From contig JAUWGP010000009.1 in assembly GCA_030606335.1 (NCBI GenBank), positions 10,363-74,362 of the forward strand: DNA of 64,000 nt, in the 5' to 3' direction. Each line of letters begins with the position of its first letter. The stretch's first letter is position 1. Position numbers and translations under genes: made by a program. Positions 18,057-28,805 of this stretch are shown piece by piece. The notes beneath the pieces were generated by a model. The model had not been told where the DNA came from. It searched no databases and saw only the letters and a list, made by a program, of their open reading frames with translations. The stretch is from a candidate division WOR-3 bacterium. GTDB taxonomy: Bacteria; Hydrothermota; UBA3073.

Positions 18057-18779
18057 TTGGATAATTTCACCATGAGACTTGGTGTAAATATAGACCATAT
18101 AGCTACACTACGGTCACAGAGAGGTACCCCCTACCCTGACCCTGTAGATGCAGTTCCTATTGTTGAACTTGCAGGAGCAAATGGAATAACCTGCCATATA
18201 AGAATTGATAGAAGACATATAACAGAAAGAGACGTAAGGCTTATTCGGGACATTACAAAGACCAGTCTGAATGTCGAATTGTGTACAGACCCTGAAATAG
18301 TAAATTTTATTTGTGGGATAAAACCACATCATGCCTGTCTCGTTCCTGAAAGAGAGGGCGAACAGACAACAGAGGGTGGACTCGATTTATCAAAAAACAA
18401 GGAAGATATAAAAAAAACAATCAGCATACTAAAGGATAAAGGAATAAGTGTCACACTTTTTGTCGAGCCTGATACATTTATAATGGAGACCGCAAAACTA
18501 CTCAGTGTAGATGCCGTAGAATTGAATACAAAGTCTTACTGCGAAACATCACATATTGAAAAAGAGATAAAAAGACTCGAAGAGGCATCAATAGTAGCTC
18601 ATGAACTTGGACTTGAGGTTCATGCAGGTCATGGACTTGAATATCATAATATGAAAGGAATTCTATCTGTACCTCATATTGTTGAACTCAACATTGGGCA
18701 CAGTATAATTTCAAGAGCAGTATTTACAGGTCTCGAGGAGGCTGTAAAGACTATGTTGACTCTTATTCGTAACGAATAA
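18057..18779 (+). CDS. pdxJ: Pyridoxine 5'-phosphate synthase
   Basis: LGVNIDHIATLRSQRGTPYPDP matches the PdxJ N-terminal signature. The true start may be the Met at 18072. Confidence 0.9.
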   Translation: MDNFTMRLGVNIDHIATLRSQRGTPYPDPVDAVPIVELAGANGITCHIRIDRRHITERDVRLIRDITKTSLNVELCTDPEIVNFICGIKPHHACLVPEREGEQTTEGGLDLSKNKEDIKKTISILKDKGISVTLFVEPDTFIMETAKLLSVDAVELNTKSYCETSHIEKEIKRLEEASIVAHELGLEVHAGHGLEYHNMKGILSVPHIVELNIGHSIISRAVFTGLEEAVKTMLTLIRNE

Positions 18780-18898
18780 TGAAAGAAAACTAATACTTTG
18801 AGTTGATAGCCCACCAATTTATACCTCCTCTAATAATTTCAGGTATCTTAAACAACTTTGAGTTTAACTTATTTTATCCCTTTTTTGGTTGGATTATT

Positions 18899-19627
18899 AT
18901 GGTCAAGGTGCTCATATTATATGCTCCTGGAATAAACTGCAACCTCGAAACAAAGATAGCCTTCCAAACCTGTGGCGCAAATGTTAATGAGATTACAATC
19001 AGAAGACTTGAACAAAAACCCTCTAAATTACTTTCATATGACATTCTTGTACTTCCAGGAGGTTTTTCCTATGGAGATTCTATTTCCAGTGGTAAGATAT
19101 TATCTGTATATTTTAAGGAATTCCTGAGAGAAACAGTCCTTGATTTCCTTAAGAGGAACACACTTGTTCTGGGTATATGTAATGGTTTTCAGGTTCTATT
19201 GAAATCTGGATTATTGGGAAATGGTGTAACACTAACAGAGAATGCAAATGGAAGATTCGAGGACAGATGGGTAAGGTTAAGGGTTACAGATTCAAATTGT
19301 GTCTTTACTAAAGGATTAAATATTATAGAGCTGCCTGTCGCTCATAGAGAGGGTAGAGTCATAGTTGAGGATGTTAAATATAACAGAGTTCTTGCATACA
19401 TTGGTGATAATGATGAACCGATTATGGAATATCCCTATAATCCCAATGGGAGCAATAATGCAATTGCAGGGATATGTGATAATACTGGTAGGATATTTGG
19501 ATTGATGCCCCATCCAGAGAGATTCTTTCTGTCCAATCAGTATCCAGGCATGTGGAAAGATGGCATTCCCCACGGTATGAGAATTATAAAGAATGCAGTA
19601 GACTGGGTAAGAGAGAGGAAAATGTAG
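18899..19627 (+). CDS. purQ: Phosphoribosylformylglycinamidine synthase subunit PurQ-like glutamine amidotransferase
   Basis: From the internal Met, MVKVLILYAPGINCNLE...LVLPGGFSYGD...GICNGFQVL (a class I GATase with catalytic Cys). The ORF-track start at 18803 is probably too long. Confidence 0.75.
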   Translation: MVKVLILYAPGINCNLETKIAFQTCGANVNEITIRRLEQKPSKLLSYDILVLPGGFSYGDSISSGKILSVYFKEFLRETVLDFLKRNTLVLGICNGFQVLLKSGLLGNGVTLTENANGRFEDRWVRLRVTDSNCVFTKGLNIIELPVAHREGRVIVEDVKYNRVLAYIGDNDEPIMEYPYNPNGSNNAIAGICDNTGRIFGLMPHPERFFLSNQYPGMWKDGIPHGMRIIKNAVDWVRERKM

Positions 19628-19644
19628 GGTGAGGCTTCCTGACT

Positions 19645-19722
19645 GTCCCCGCCAAGGCGGGGTAGGCGTCAGGCAAGTTAGGCCTTTCTCTCTTCGCTTT
19701 TCACAAACTGCTCTATGTGGTT
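19645..19722. repeat. Composite intergenic repeat: GC hairpin (family C) plus TCTTCGCTTTTCACAAACTGCTCTATGTGGTTA module
   Basis: CCCCGCCAAGGCGGGG has CCTGAC/GTCAGG arms. The 33-nt module recurs at 62610-62642 and, diverged, at 17725-17757. It recurs inverted near 47143 and 44936. Confidence 0.75.
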
Positions 19723-19760
19723 AAGTTTTTGGCAATACTATTATTCATTGGAGGGGAAGT

Positions 19761-22151
19761 ATGGGTTATCGTGAATTAAAACCAGATGAACTTGTATGGA
19801 ATTGTGATGTGAAATGTGTAGAATTAACTAAGGAAAATATAGAAAAGAATAAGAAGATAATAGGTCAAAAAAGGGCTGTTGAGGCGCTTGAAGTAGGACT
19901 TGATATAAACAGCATAGGTTATAATATCTTCGTTACAGGAGCTGCAGGTACAGGAAAAACAACTGCTGTGAAACTTCTTATAGATAAGAGTAATAGAAAA
20001 AAACAAATTCCAACTGATAAGTGTTATGTAAATAATTTTAGAAATCCAGACTCACCAAGACTTATAGTGCTGCCGATGGGTATGGGAAGAAAATTCAAAA
20101 AGGATGTTGAAGAAAACATAGGAAATATCATTAAAAACATACCTATTATCCTCGAGAGTGAACAACACAGAGAAAAAAGAAACGCTATTATAGAGATATT
20201 TAAAAAGAAAGAGCAAGATATCCTTGCAAAATTCGAGAGTAGGGTGGCAAAGCAAGGCTTTGCTGTAGTGCAGGTTCAGGTTGGTCCATTTACAAAACCT
20301 GATCTCTTCCCAGTATATAAAGAAAAACCTGTTAACTTTGAACAAGTTAGGTCATTAGCAAGACATGGTAAGATATCAGATGAAGATGTTAAAAGAATGC
20401 AGGAGACCTATAACAAGCTGTCTGTTGAACTTGAAAAAACAATTAAAAAATTAAGTAATATAAAGAAAGAAGCCGATAAAGAGATGATGGAAGTTGACCG
20501 AAAAACTCTTCACCCTTTCATTCAGGAAGTTCTTTCTGATATAAAGGAAAAATATAATATTAAAGCAGTTGAAGAATTCCTTAAAGAGGTAGAGGAATCA
20601 ATTATGGAAAATAGAGGAAAACTCTTATCCAAAAATAAGCCTAATAAGGATACTGAACCTTATTTAGAATATCAAGTTAACCTTATTGTGGATAACAGTA
20701 ATACCAAAAAGGCACCAGTCATCTTTGAGGTATCACCAACATTCAAAAATTTATTTGGTTCTATTGAAAGGAAGGCTACACCTGCAGGATGGGTATCAGA
20801 TTACCGAAATATTAAAGCTGGTTCTCTCCTGAAAGCGGATTGTGGATTTCTTATCATGAATGCACTTGATGTGCTGATTGAACCAGGAGTTTGGAATGCC
20901 CTAAAACGCACACTGAAAACCAGAAGACTTGAGATTCAGACATATGATACATTTTTTATGCTTACTCTTTCTGCATTGAAGCCCGAACCAATTGATATAG
21001 ACGTAAAGGTTATACTAATTGGTGAGCCCTTTATATATCATCTACTCTTTCATCGAGATGATGATTTCAAGAAAATATTCAAAATAAGGGCAGACTTCGA
21101 TTGGGTTATGCCCAATAAAGATGAATCAGTTACAGAATATGCGGTCTTTGTATCAACGCTTCAAAAAGAGGAGGATCTACTTAAGTTCAGCAAGGATTCT
21201 ATAGCCCGTATTGTTGAATATGGTGTGAGACTTGCGGGTAAACAGAAAAAACTTTCAACCAGATTTAATCATATAGCCGATATTCTACGAGAAGCAAACT
21301 ATCTGGCAAGAAAAAAGGGCAAAAAGATGATAAAGAGAGAGGATATTGACCAAGCAATTGATAAACGTATATATAGAGAGAGTCTATACCAGGAGAAGAT
21401 ACAAGAGAATATAAAAGACGATACAATTATGATAGATGTCTCAGGTAAGGTTGTCGGACAGGTTAATGGTCTTTCTGTCTATAGTATCGGTGATTATATG
21501 TTCGGCAGACCTATGAGAATAACAGCTAAAACAGGTGCAGGAAGTGGAGGTATAATTAATATTGAAAGGGAGGTTGAACTTTCTGGCCCAATCCATAGCA
21601 AGGGTGTATATATTCTATCTGGCTACCTGAGAGATATGTATGCAGAAAATAAACCAATTACTGTAAGTGCCTCCCTCTGCTTTGAACAGTCTTATTCTGG
21701 TGTAGAAGGTGATTCTGCCTCATCTACAGAACTATATGCTATTTTATCAAGTCTATCAGATATTCCAATTCGACAGGATATATCCGTCACAGGTTCTGTA
21801 AACCAAAATGGTGAAATTCAACCTATAGGTGGCATCAATGAGAAGATAGAGGGATTTTTTGATGTATGCAAAGCAAAAGGTTTTACAGGCAATCAGGGAG
21901 TTATCATCCCAGAAAAAAATGTAGAAGACCTTATGTTGAGAAAAGACGTACTTGAGGCTGTAAAGGGAGATAAATTCCACATATATTCAGTAAATACAAT
22001 AAATGACGGCATAGAGATACTCACAGGGATGAAGGCTAGTAATAAGACAAAGGACGGTACATACAATCCAGGAACTATTCATTATCTGGTTGATAAAAAG
22101 CTCGAACATTTTGCCGGTATTTGGAAAAAATACAAAGGCGAGATTAAATAA
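19761..22151 (+). CDS. Lon-like ATP-dependent protease (LonB/COG1067 type: AAA+ N-terminal, S16 C-terminal)
   Basis: Walker A GAAGTGKTT. C-terminal protease domain carries the LonB-type Ser motif EGDSAS and a downstream Lys (NEKIEGFF). Confidence 0.75.
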   Translation: MGYRELKPDELVWNCDVKCVELTKENIEKNKKIIGQKRAVEALEVGLDINSIGYNIFVTGAAGTGKTTAVKLLIDKSNRKKQIPTDKCYVNNFRNPDSPRLIVLPMGMGRKFKKDVEENIGNIIKNIPIILESEQHREKRNAIIEIFKKKEQDILAKFESRVAKQGFAVVQVQVGPFTKPDLFPVYKEKPVNFEQVRSLARHGKISDEDVKRMQETYNKLSVELEKTIKKLSNIKKEADKEMMEVDRKTLHPFIQEVLSDIKEKYNIKAVEEFLKEVEESIMENRGKLLSKNKPNKDTEPYLEYQVNLIVDNSNTKKAPVIFEVSPTFKNLFGSIERKATPAGWVSDYRNIKAGSLLKADCGFLIMNALDVLIEPGVWNALKRTLKTRRLEIQTYDTFFMLTLSALKPEPIDIDVKVILIGEPFIYHLLFHRDDDFKKIFKIRADFDWVMPNKDESVTEYAVFVSTLQKEEDLLKFSKDSIARIVEYGVRLAGKQKKLSTRFNHIADILREANYLARKKGKKMIKREDIDQAIDKRIYRESLYQEKIQENIKDDTIMIDVSGKVVGQVNGLSVYSIGDYMFGRPMRITAKTGAGSGGIINIEREVELSGPIHSKGVYILSGYLRDMYAENKPITVSASLCFEQSYSGVEGDSASSTELYAILSSLSDIPIRQDISVTGSVNQNGEIQPIGGINEKIEGFFDVCKAKGFTGNQGVIIPEKNVEDLMLRKDVLEAVKGDKFHIYSVNTINDGIEILTGMKASNKTKDGTYNPGTIHYLVDKKLEHFAGIWKKYKGEIK

Positions 22152-22165
22152 GAAGGGAGTATTTA

Positions 22166-23317
22166 ATGAGGAATAGAGAAGAATATGAATCCATTGAGGA
22201 GAAATTCCTCGCACCTTATGCTATGAAGAGTAGAGCCACAAAGGGAAGGAAATATAAGGAAGAGAAAAGACCATATAGGACCTGTTACCAACGGGATAGA
22301 GATAGAATTATACACTCAACAGCATTCCGTCGTCTTGAATATAAAACTCAGGTTTTTGTTAACCATGAAGGTGACCATTACAGGACGAGGCTTACACATA
22401 CTATAGAGGTTTCACAAATAGCCACAACAATTGCAAGAGCATTAAAATTGAATGAGGATCTGACTGAAAGTATAGCCTTAGCTCATGATATAGGGCATAC
22501 ACCCTTTGGACATGCAGGTGAAGAGGCACTTGCTGAACTTATGGAGGATAAAGGTGGTTTTGAACATAATCACCAGGGACTAAAGGTTGTGGATTTCATT
22601 GAGGACAGCTATCCTGATTTTCGCGGACTAAATCTTACTTATGAGACGAGAGAAGGAATTGTGAAGCATAGAACTCTTTATGATGTCCCAAATATAGATG
22701 ACCTTGTAGAATTTGAACCTCACCTCTCTCCCACTGTTGAGGCACAGGTGATAAATGTCGCAGATGAAATCGCTTATAACTCACACGATTTAGATGATGG
22801 CATTAAATCTGGTTATATAACGGTTAAACAACTCGAAAACATACCCCTTTTTAATGATATATACCATAGTGTAAAAAAAGATAATATCTCAGAGGAAAAG
22901 GCAATTGCACGAACCATACGCAGACTCATTGCACTTCAAACAACTGATGTTCTAACAGAGACAGAGAAAAATATATCAGAATTTAATATAAAATCCATTG
23001 ACGATGTCAGGTCTCATAACCTTATTGTAAACTTCTCCCCACAAATGCTCGAAAAACAGAAGGTACTTAAAAATTTTCTATATAAAAATCTTTACTCTCA
23101 TTACAAGGTATTGAAGATGCAGCTCAAAGCAAGAAAATACGTTATCGACCTTTTTAGAAGATACCTGGAAGATCCAAGACAGCTTCCACCAGATTATCTG
23201 ACAAGGATTGAAGAATATACACCAGAAGAGGTAGTTTGCGACTATATCGCTGGAATGACTGATAGATTTGCTCAGGATGAATATGAACGTCTTTTTATAC
23301 CCTATGCCAAGATGTAA
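22166..23317 (+). CDS. dgt: dGTP triphosphohydrolase-like HD-domain protein
   Basis: RDRDRIIHSTAFRRLEYKTQVF plus HD motif HTIEVSQIA...LAHDIGHTPFGHAGE. Confidence 0.9.
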   Translation: MRNREEYESIEEKFLAPYAMKSRATKGRKYKEEKRPYRTCYQRDRDRIIHSTAFRRLEYKTQVFVNHEGDHYRTRLTHTIEVSQIATTIARALKLNEDLTESIALAHDIGHTPFGHAGEEALAELMEDKGGFEHNHQGLKVVDFIEDSYPDFRGLNLTYETREGIVKHRTLYDVPNIDDLVEFEPHLSPTVEAQVINVADEIAYNSHDLDDGIKSGYITVKQLENIPLFNDIYHSVKKDNISEEKAIARTIRRLIALQTTDVLTETEKNISEFNIKSIDDVRSHNLIVNFSPQMLEKQKVLKNFLYKNLYSHYKVLKMQLKARKYVIDLFRRYLEDPRQLPPDYLTRIEEYTPEEVVCDYIAGMTDRFAQDEYERLFIPYAKM

Positions 23318-23493
23318 CCGCAGGATTTACAGAGGCAGAAAAGAATATAGCAATTTTTTAAAAAATATTAACAGGGATTTGAAGAGAACTTAAGAGATAA
23401 AGGCAAAAGAAGAAAGATACAATCTATTTTTTATCTGTGCAATCTGTGGTTAAAAGACATCCTATATAGTGAATATTATACCAGGAGGTTCAA

Positions 23494-24633
23494 GTGGATT
23501 ATTTCCTTAGTGAAGAGGAATTGATGGTAAGGGATACTGCAAGAGATATCTCACAGAAGTTGGTTTTGCCACTGAGGAATGAACTTGATGAAAAGGGTGA
23601 GTTTCCACATGAGATAATCAAGGAGTTTGGAAAGGCTGACCTATTAAGAATATTTATACCTGCTGAATACGGGGGAATGGGATTGACGAATCTTGCATTA
23701 TGTCTTGCAGTGGAGGAAATATCAAAGGTTTGTGCAGGTGTTGCTACAACATATGCTGCTAACGCACTTGGTGCTACACCAATAATCCTTTTTGGTAACA
23801 AAGAACAGAAGAAAAAATACCTCCCTCCAATCACTTCAGGAGAGAAACTATGTGCCTTTGCATTAACTGAAGCAGATGCAGGTTCTGATGTTGGAAATGT
23901 GAATACTAAAGCTGTTAAGGACGGTGATTTCTACATCATTAATGGAACAAAACAGTGGATAACAAACGGGGGTGTAGCAGATATTTATGTGGTGATTGTT
24001 GTAACACAACCAGGAAAGGGTGCAAGAGGACTTTCTGCAATTATCGTAGATAAGGAAAGTCCAGGATTTTCTTTTGGAAAGGAGGAAAATAAACTCGGAA
24101 TAAGGGCATCTATGACAAGAGAATTAATATTTCAAGATGTCAAAGTAGCAAAAGAAAATCTCATCCTGAGAGAAGGAGCAGGATTCCTAATTGCAATGAG
24201 GACATTTGACCGTACAAGACCAGGTGTTGCAGCACAGGCAGTTGGAATTGCCCAGGGAGCACTTGATGAGGCAATAAAATATGCCAAGGTTAGAAAACAA
24301 TTTGGAAAAACTATAATAAATTTTGAGGGAATTAGCTTTATGCTGGCTGAACTCGCTACAAAGGTTGAGGCAGCAAGGGCACTTACATATCAGACAGCAC
24401 GGTATATCGATTCAGGTGCAAAAGATATCTCTAAGTATTCATCAATGGCAAAACTTTTCGCATCTGATGTAGCAATGGAGGTTACAACACAGGCAGTTCA
24501 GGTCCTGGGTGGTTACGGTTATATGAAGGAATATCCTGTAGAGAAGTATATGCGTGATGCAAAAATAACTCAAATATATGAGGGTACGAATGAGATACAA
24601 AAACTTGTAATTGCAAACGCCCTACAGAAATAA
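23494..24633 (+). CDS. Acyl-CoA dehydrogenase (short-chain type)
   Basis: ACAD N-terminal, middle and C-terminal patterns, and a C-terminal YEGTNEIQ motif. The start is GTG, preceded by AGGAGG at 23481-23486. Confidence 0.9.
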   Translation: MDYFLSEEELMVRDTARDISQKLVLPLRNELDEKGEFPHEIIKEFGKADLLRIFIPAEYGGMGLTNLALCLAVEEISKVCAGVATTYAANALGATPIILFGNKEQKKKYLPPITSGEKLCAFALTEADAGSDVGNVNTKAVKDGDFYIINGTKQWITNGGVADIYVVIVVTQPGKGARGLSAIIVDKESPGFSFGKEENKLGIRASMTRELIFQDVKVAKENLILREGAGFLIAMRTFDRTRPGVAAQAVGIAQGALDEAIKYAKVRKQFGKTIINFEGISFMLAELATKVEAARALTYQTARYIDSGAKDISKYSSMAKLFASDVAMEVTTQAVQVLGGYGYMKEYPVEKYMRDAKITQIYEGTNEIQKLVIANALQK

Positions 24634-24739
24634 TTTAATGAGAAACTATTCCTTCAAGGCAATTGACAATTGAATAATGACAAGGAAAAAGTTAAAAGTA
24701 AAAAGGGAAATTTAGAAATACATTCCGGATTGCGAATTG

Positions 24740-24835
24740 CGTATTTTTTAAAAATTTCTGCTAAACCAACAAAACTAAATAAACCAAACAAACTAAATAA
24801 ACCCAATAAACTCAATAAACCCAATTACTTTTTCC
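24740..24835. repeat. Word microsatellite (AAACTAAATAAACC / CAAACAAAC)n
   Basis: Reads CTAAACCAACAAAACTAAATAAACCAAACAAACTAAATAAACCCAATAAACTCAATAAACCCAATTAC. The reverse complement of the same words occurs at 4395-4460 and a related stretch at 42860-42900. ORF-track entry 24670..24855 is an artefact of this repeat. Confidence 0.75.
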
Positions 24836-24884
24836 TTTTTACTTTTGCCTTTTAACTTCTAAATTTACCCTAAGACCTATCTTT

Positions 24885-27800
24885 CTATCTCATCATCAAT
24901 AGTTTACTTGTTTGTTTACTTTGATCTGCTTCGAATCTCAAGAAATAAACACCGCTTGGAACTCTCCTTCCAGAATTATCTCTTCCATCCCATATTAAGC
25001 TATGAACTCCTTTATTCTCCATTTTATTTAAAAGCTCTCTCACTTCTCGACCAATAAGATCATAAATCACTATGTGCACATTGGTGCTCTTTGCTAAACT
25101 ATACTTTATCGAGGTTACATTCCGAAATGGGTTTGGTTCACATATAGGGGTTAAGAAGACAGTTTGAGGGTTCTCATATATACCGATGTCACCTTCGTTA
25201 TCATATGATATAGTATCAGAGAAATCTCCAGTCATACCAGAATCGACTAAGATTATCAAAGAGTCATTATTTTGCCTCCAATCTGGTATTACCAGATGTG
25301 ATGAGTTCTCAGATAAAATAATACCTTCATGGAAGAAAACAGGAGCACCATTTTCACTCGGTATTTCAATCCTTAAGTTATAGTCCTTATCTTCACCATA
25401 ATTGTCCAATTGCAACTGAGAACCTGGCTTTATTGCATAGCGGTTTGAATCACCGGGTTCTGTTGAAATATCGTTTACAATGTAGAAAATCTCAGAATCC
25501 GGGCAGATGCTAATGAGGTGAACATCATACATTCGGTTTTCACCATCAGGATTCAATACAAGGAAAGTGCTGTCATTTCCAGGATAACGGAATTGTTCGG
25601 TTTCGCTATCATCGACTCCTGAACGCCAGTAAGAAATCACAATTGAGTCTGTAATCATACTCAACCAGAATATCGAGTCTTCAGCGCCAGAAAACTGGCT
25701 ATTCCAAATGTCATTTGGTAGATAGTACCCTATAGGTGGTGTTTCCTGCCCGGTAATCGGTATAATCGGGAACCCATCCGTAAGTGTAGAAAAGAGCGAA
25801 TCTCCAACTCGACCAATATTACCGGCAGGTGATTCAAGAATAGCATTTTCTGTGGGTAAGACGTAAAATTTAACGCAATCAGAGACTTTCGGTGTTTTTT
25901 TACCTATCCACCGCTCACGAGGAGGAATAGACTTTGGTAGCATAGGATTTGTCGTATAGTTGCCAATTGGGTCCATTAGAAATAGAAATTTATCACCACC
26001 CCAATTGGGAAAAACATTATAAAACCAGGTATTAGCATCAGTATCGATTACGATACGTTTAGTATCGTCTCCAGGAAAATTACAGTCATACACATACAGG
26101 TAATTAATCTCAGGATCTATAGGATCAACCTCCAATTTGTATGGAACAACAGCATGACCACCAAAGCCATAGTTATTAAACAGCACCAGAATCCTGCTAT
26201 CAACGCCAGGAGTGAACATTGCATAACAGGCCGCAAGCGTCTGGGCTGGTGTTGTCGTAAGCCAGTTATCATTGATATTCTGTTGTTGAGCTTTACCAAA
26301 CTGATATATCCAGTATTTATTTACCATCATGCGACTTTCATCATTTATAGGAACGGAATATAGCGAATCGTACCCTGGGAACTCTGTTTGTAGATTCAAA
26401 TAGTTATCGAAGAAAAGTAGACTTGAAATAGCAAATCCAAAGCAAGAACCTGACCAGGGACCTATAATTGAGCACCACACATTTTCAGCTTCTATACTGT
26501 AAATAAGCGGAGGATCACAGTAACATTGGTCTTCACCAAAGGCTGAAACGAACAAAGGCCAATCAGGAAAGACTGATGAGGATGTAAGTTGATAGAGGAA
26601 CTGAAACCATACAGGGTATGGTGGTTGAGTATAGTCAAACTGACTCCACCAGCTCTCTGGCCACATATTTACTTCAGTATTAGCAAACTGCCAATCATGG
26701 TGTCCAGGATGAAAGCCTAACTCATCCGTAGGTTTTAACTTGACAAGATAAACATCATTTCCACCTAAACCGAATGATGCTGTATATCCAGCGACAACAT
26801 AACTTCCATCGAATGTTTGCTGAACTTCATAGCCTTCTTCATCATTTACGCCTCCACATGTTTTTGTCCAGGCTGTGTCACCATAAGCATCTGTTTTTAC
26901 AAGGTAGATGTCTCTACCACCCTCACCATACGAATTTGTGTAGCCAGCAACGATATAACCTTCATCGGCAGTCTGTTGAACTGAATAACCCCAATCCCAA
27001 TCCGAGCCTCCGTATGTTCGAGCCCATACTGAATCACAGCTCGCATTAGTCTTTAAAAGATAGACATCAGTACCACCTGCACCATATGACCATGTATGAG
27101 CTGCTATTATGTAACCACCATCAGAGGTCTGCTTAACCGAATGACCCTGCTCATTACCTGTTCCACCAAAAGTTTTGGGAGGAAAAGTTAGATTTCCACT
27201 TGCATCGGTCTTTATAAGGTATATGTCATCGCCTCCAGCTCCAAATGAGTTTGTATAACCTACTATTATGTATCCACCATCAGAGGTTTGCTGAACCGAA
27301 TGACCATACTCCCATTCACTTCCACCATAGGTTCTTGACCAGTCTTCATCTCCATTGCTCAAGGTCTTAATAAGGTAAACATCACGACCCCCTACTCCAA
27401 ATGAACTTGTAACACCTGTGAGTATATAACCACCATCTGAGGTCTGTTCAACATCCCATGCTATATCACTGCCTGTACCCCCATATGTATATGTCCAAAC
27501 TATATTTCCAGAAGTATCTGTCTTTATAAGATAAACATCGTAATAACCTCCAATAAAAGCCGTCTGTCCAGCAACAATGTAGCCACCATCTGATGTCTGT
27601 TTAACTGAACGAGCTCCATCTTCGCCAAATCCTGTATATATCCTCGTCCAGGCTGTATCACCATTTTCGTATGTCTTGATTAGATAAACATCACCATATG
27701 GGTCACCGAATGATAAGGTATACCCAGCAATGATGTACCCGCCATCAGTAGTTTGTTGGGCTGAATAACCAACTTCCCAGCTTGAACCTCCAAATGTTCT

Positions 27801-27899
27801 GGTCCATAGGGTATCGGGAGCATCAGCAAATACAGCAGCTGTTCCAAAAATAAGAATCGATATCCCAATAATACACTGCCTATATTTTATCTTCTCCAT
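24885..27899 (-). CDS. Secreted multidomain protein: about 8 SBBP-type beta-propeller repeats, a papain-like cysteine peptidase-like domain, and a C-terminal T9SS sorting domain
   Basis: Signal peptide. About 48-aa repeats (TDGGYIIAGYT...G..DVYLIKTD..G...W...YGG). Candidate papain-like triad context PWSGSCFGFAISS...GGHAVVPYKL...VYDCNFPG. C-terminal VHIVIYDLIGREV...GVYFLRFE...K tail. The start is probably the Met at 27899. Confidence 0.7.
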   Translation of the reverse strand: MEKIKYRQCIIGISILIFGTAAVFADAPDTLWTRTFGGSSWEVGYSAQQTTDGGYIIAGYTLSFGDPYGDVYLIKTYENGDTAWTRIYTGFGEDGARSVKQTSDGGYIVAGQTAFIGGYYDVYLIKTDTSGNIVWTYTYGGTGSDIAWDVEQTSDGGYILTGVTSSFGVGGRDVYLIKTLSNGDEDWSRTYGGSEWEYGHSVQQTSDGGYIIVGYTNSFGAGGDDIYLIKTDASGNLTFPPKTFGGTGNEQGHSVKQTSDGGYIIAAHTWSYGAGGTDVYLLKTNASCDSVWARTYGGSDWDWGYSVQQTADEGYIVAGYTNSYGEGGRDIYLVKTDAYGDTAWTKTCGGVNDEEGYEVQQTFDGSYVVAGYTASFGLGGNDVYLVKLKPTDELGFHPGHHDWQFANTEVNMWPESWWSQFDYTQPPYPVWFQFLYQLTSSSVFPDWPLFVSAFGEDQCYCDPPLIYSIEAENVWCSIIGPWSGSCFGFAISSLLFFDNYLNLQTEFPGYDSLYSVPINDESRMMVNKYWIYQFGKAQQQNINDNWLTTTPAQTLAACYAMFTPGVDSRILVLFNNYGFGGHAVVPYKLEVDPIDPEINYLYVYDCNFPGDDTKRIVIDTDANTWFYNVFPNWGGDKFLFLMDPIGNYTTNPMLPKSIPPRERWIGKKTPKVSDCVKFYVLPTENAILESPAGNIGRVGDSLFSTLTDGFPIIPITGQETPPIGYYLPNDIWNSQFSGAEDSIFWLSMITDSIVISYWRSGVDDSETEQFRYPGNDSTFLVLNPDGENRMYDVHLISICPDSEIFYIVNDISTEPGDSNRYAIKPGSQLQLDNYGEDKDYNLRIEIPSENGAPVFFHEGIILSENSSHLVIPDWRQNNDSLIILVDSGMTGDFSDTISYDNEGDIGIYENPQTVFLTPICEPNPFRNVTSIKYSLAKSTNVHIVIYDLIGREVRELLNKMENKGVHSLIWDGRDNSGRRVPSGVYFLRFEADQSKQTSKLLMMR

Positions 27900-28084
27900 A
27901 TTACCTCCTATCCTTTTAATATCCAACAAATATTGTAGCTTTCATCCTTTGGAAAAAATTAACACAAAGCGGGTTTAGCATTAGTATAATGGAAAAAGAG
28001 CCAAAAGTCAAGAAAAAATTATGAATGCTATAGTTTCTTATGTGGATTGTAAGAACTGTAAACCATCCTGTAAGGTTCTTTTTT

Positions 28085-28789
28085 TCAATCCTTTGTCATT
28101 GCCTTCTTTCTCAATCCTGGTGAGAGCTTCTCAATTGCGTATCTCAAGGCGGTTCTGGGCATCTTTTGCTTGTGTCTCATGACATATCGAAAAACTTTTT
28201 CTGGATATAAATTACTCGCATCTTTTAACATCCATCCATAACCTTTCTGAACCATATAATCCTGGTCTAATAGAAGCATGTCGGCTATTTTAAAAATAGT
28301 ATTTAGATATTTATCTCTTCTAATTGAATAAATCATTACTACAGCAGATGCCCTTCTTAACCATCTATTATTAGATTTTGTCCAGTGTTTTACTTTTGGT
28401 CTAAACTCAGGAAATTGAAAAATGAATGCACCAAATGCATGTGTACAGAAATCATCACATGCCCCCCAGTTAGATACATATTGTTTCAACCATGACTCAA
28501 ACATATAAAAATCAGATGGTTCATACTTCCCCTTAAGACGAAAAGCCCAATCAAAGGCAATAGTCTTTTCTTCACTATAATCGAATTCTAACAAATCCTC
28601 ACATAAGTGTAATATATCTTCCTTAGTTTTCGTTCTGATTTTTGAAAAGTATTTTTGGGATATCTTTCTCACTATAGGAGTCTTTACACCATGCAAAGTT
28701 ATACCCTCTTTAATAAACCTCCTCGCACTATCACGATATTCATTATCAATATATTTTAATATTTCCTGCCTGATTTCTTGAATAATCAT
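28085..28789 (-). CDS. DNA alkylation repair protein (AlkD-like HEAT-repeat glycosylase family)
   Basis: Overall match to the DNA alkylation repair enzyme family (W/Y-rich HEAT-like repeats), 234 aa. Confidence 0.7.
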   Translation of the reverse strand: MIIQEIRQEILKYIDNEYRDSARRFIKEGITLHGVKTPIVRKISQKYFSKIRTKTKEDILHLCEDLLEFDYSEEKTIAFDWAFRLKGKYEPSDFYMFESWLKQYVSNWGACDDFCTHAFGAFIFQFPEFRPKVKHWTKSNNRWLRRASAVVMIYSIRRDKYLNTIFKIADMLLLDQDYMVQKGYGWMLKDASNLYPEKVFRYVMRHKQKMPRTALRYAIEKLSPGLRKKAMTKD

Positions 28790-28805
28790 TTCCCTCCTTA
28801 TGTTT

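Noticed and set aside
19761-22151. BrxL (BREX) assignment for the Lon-like protease
   Set aside because: No brxA/B/C, pglX or pglZ in the window. The architecture equally fits the widespread LonB/COG1067 housekeeping family.
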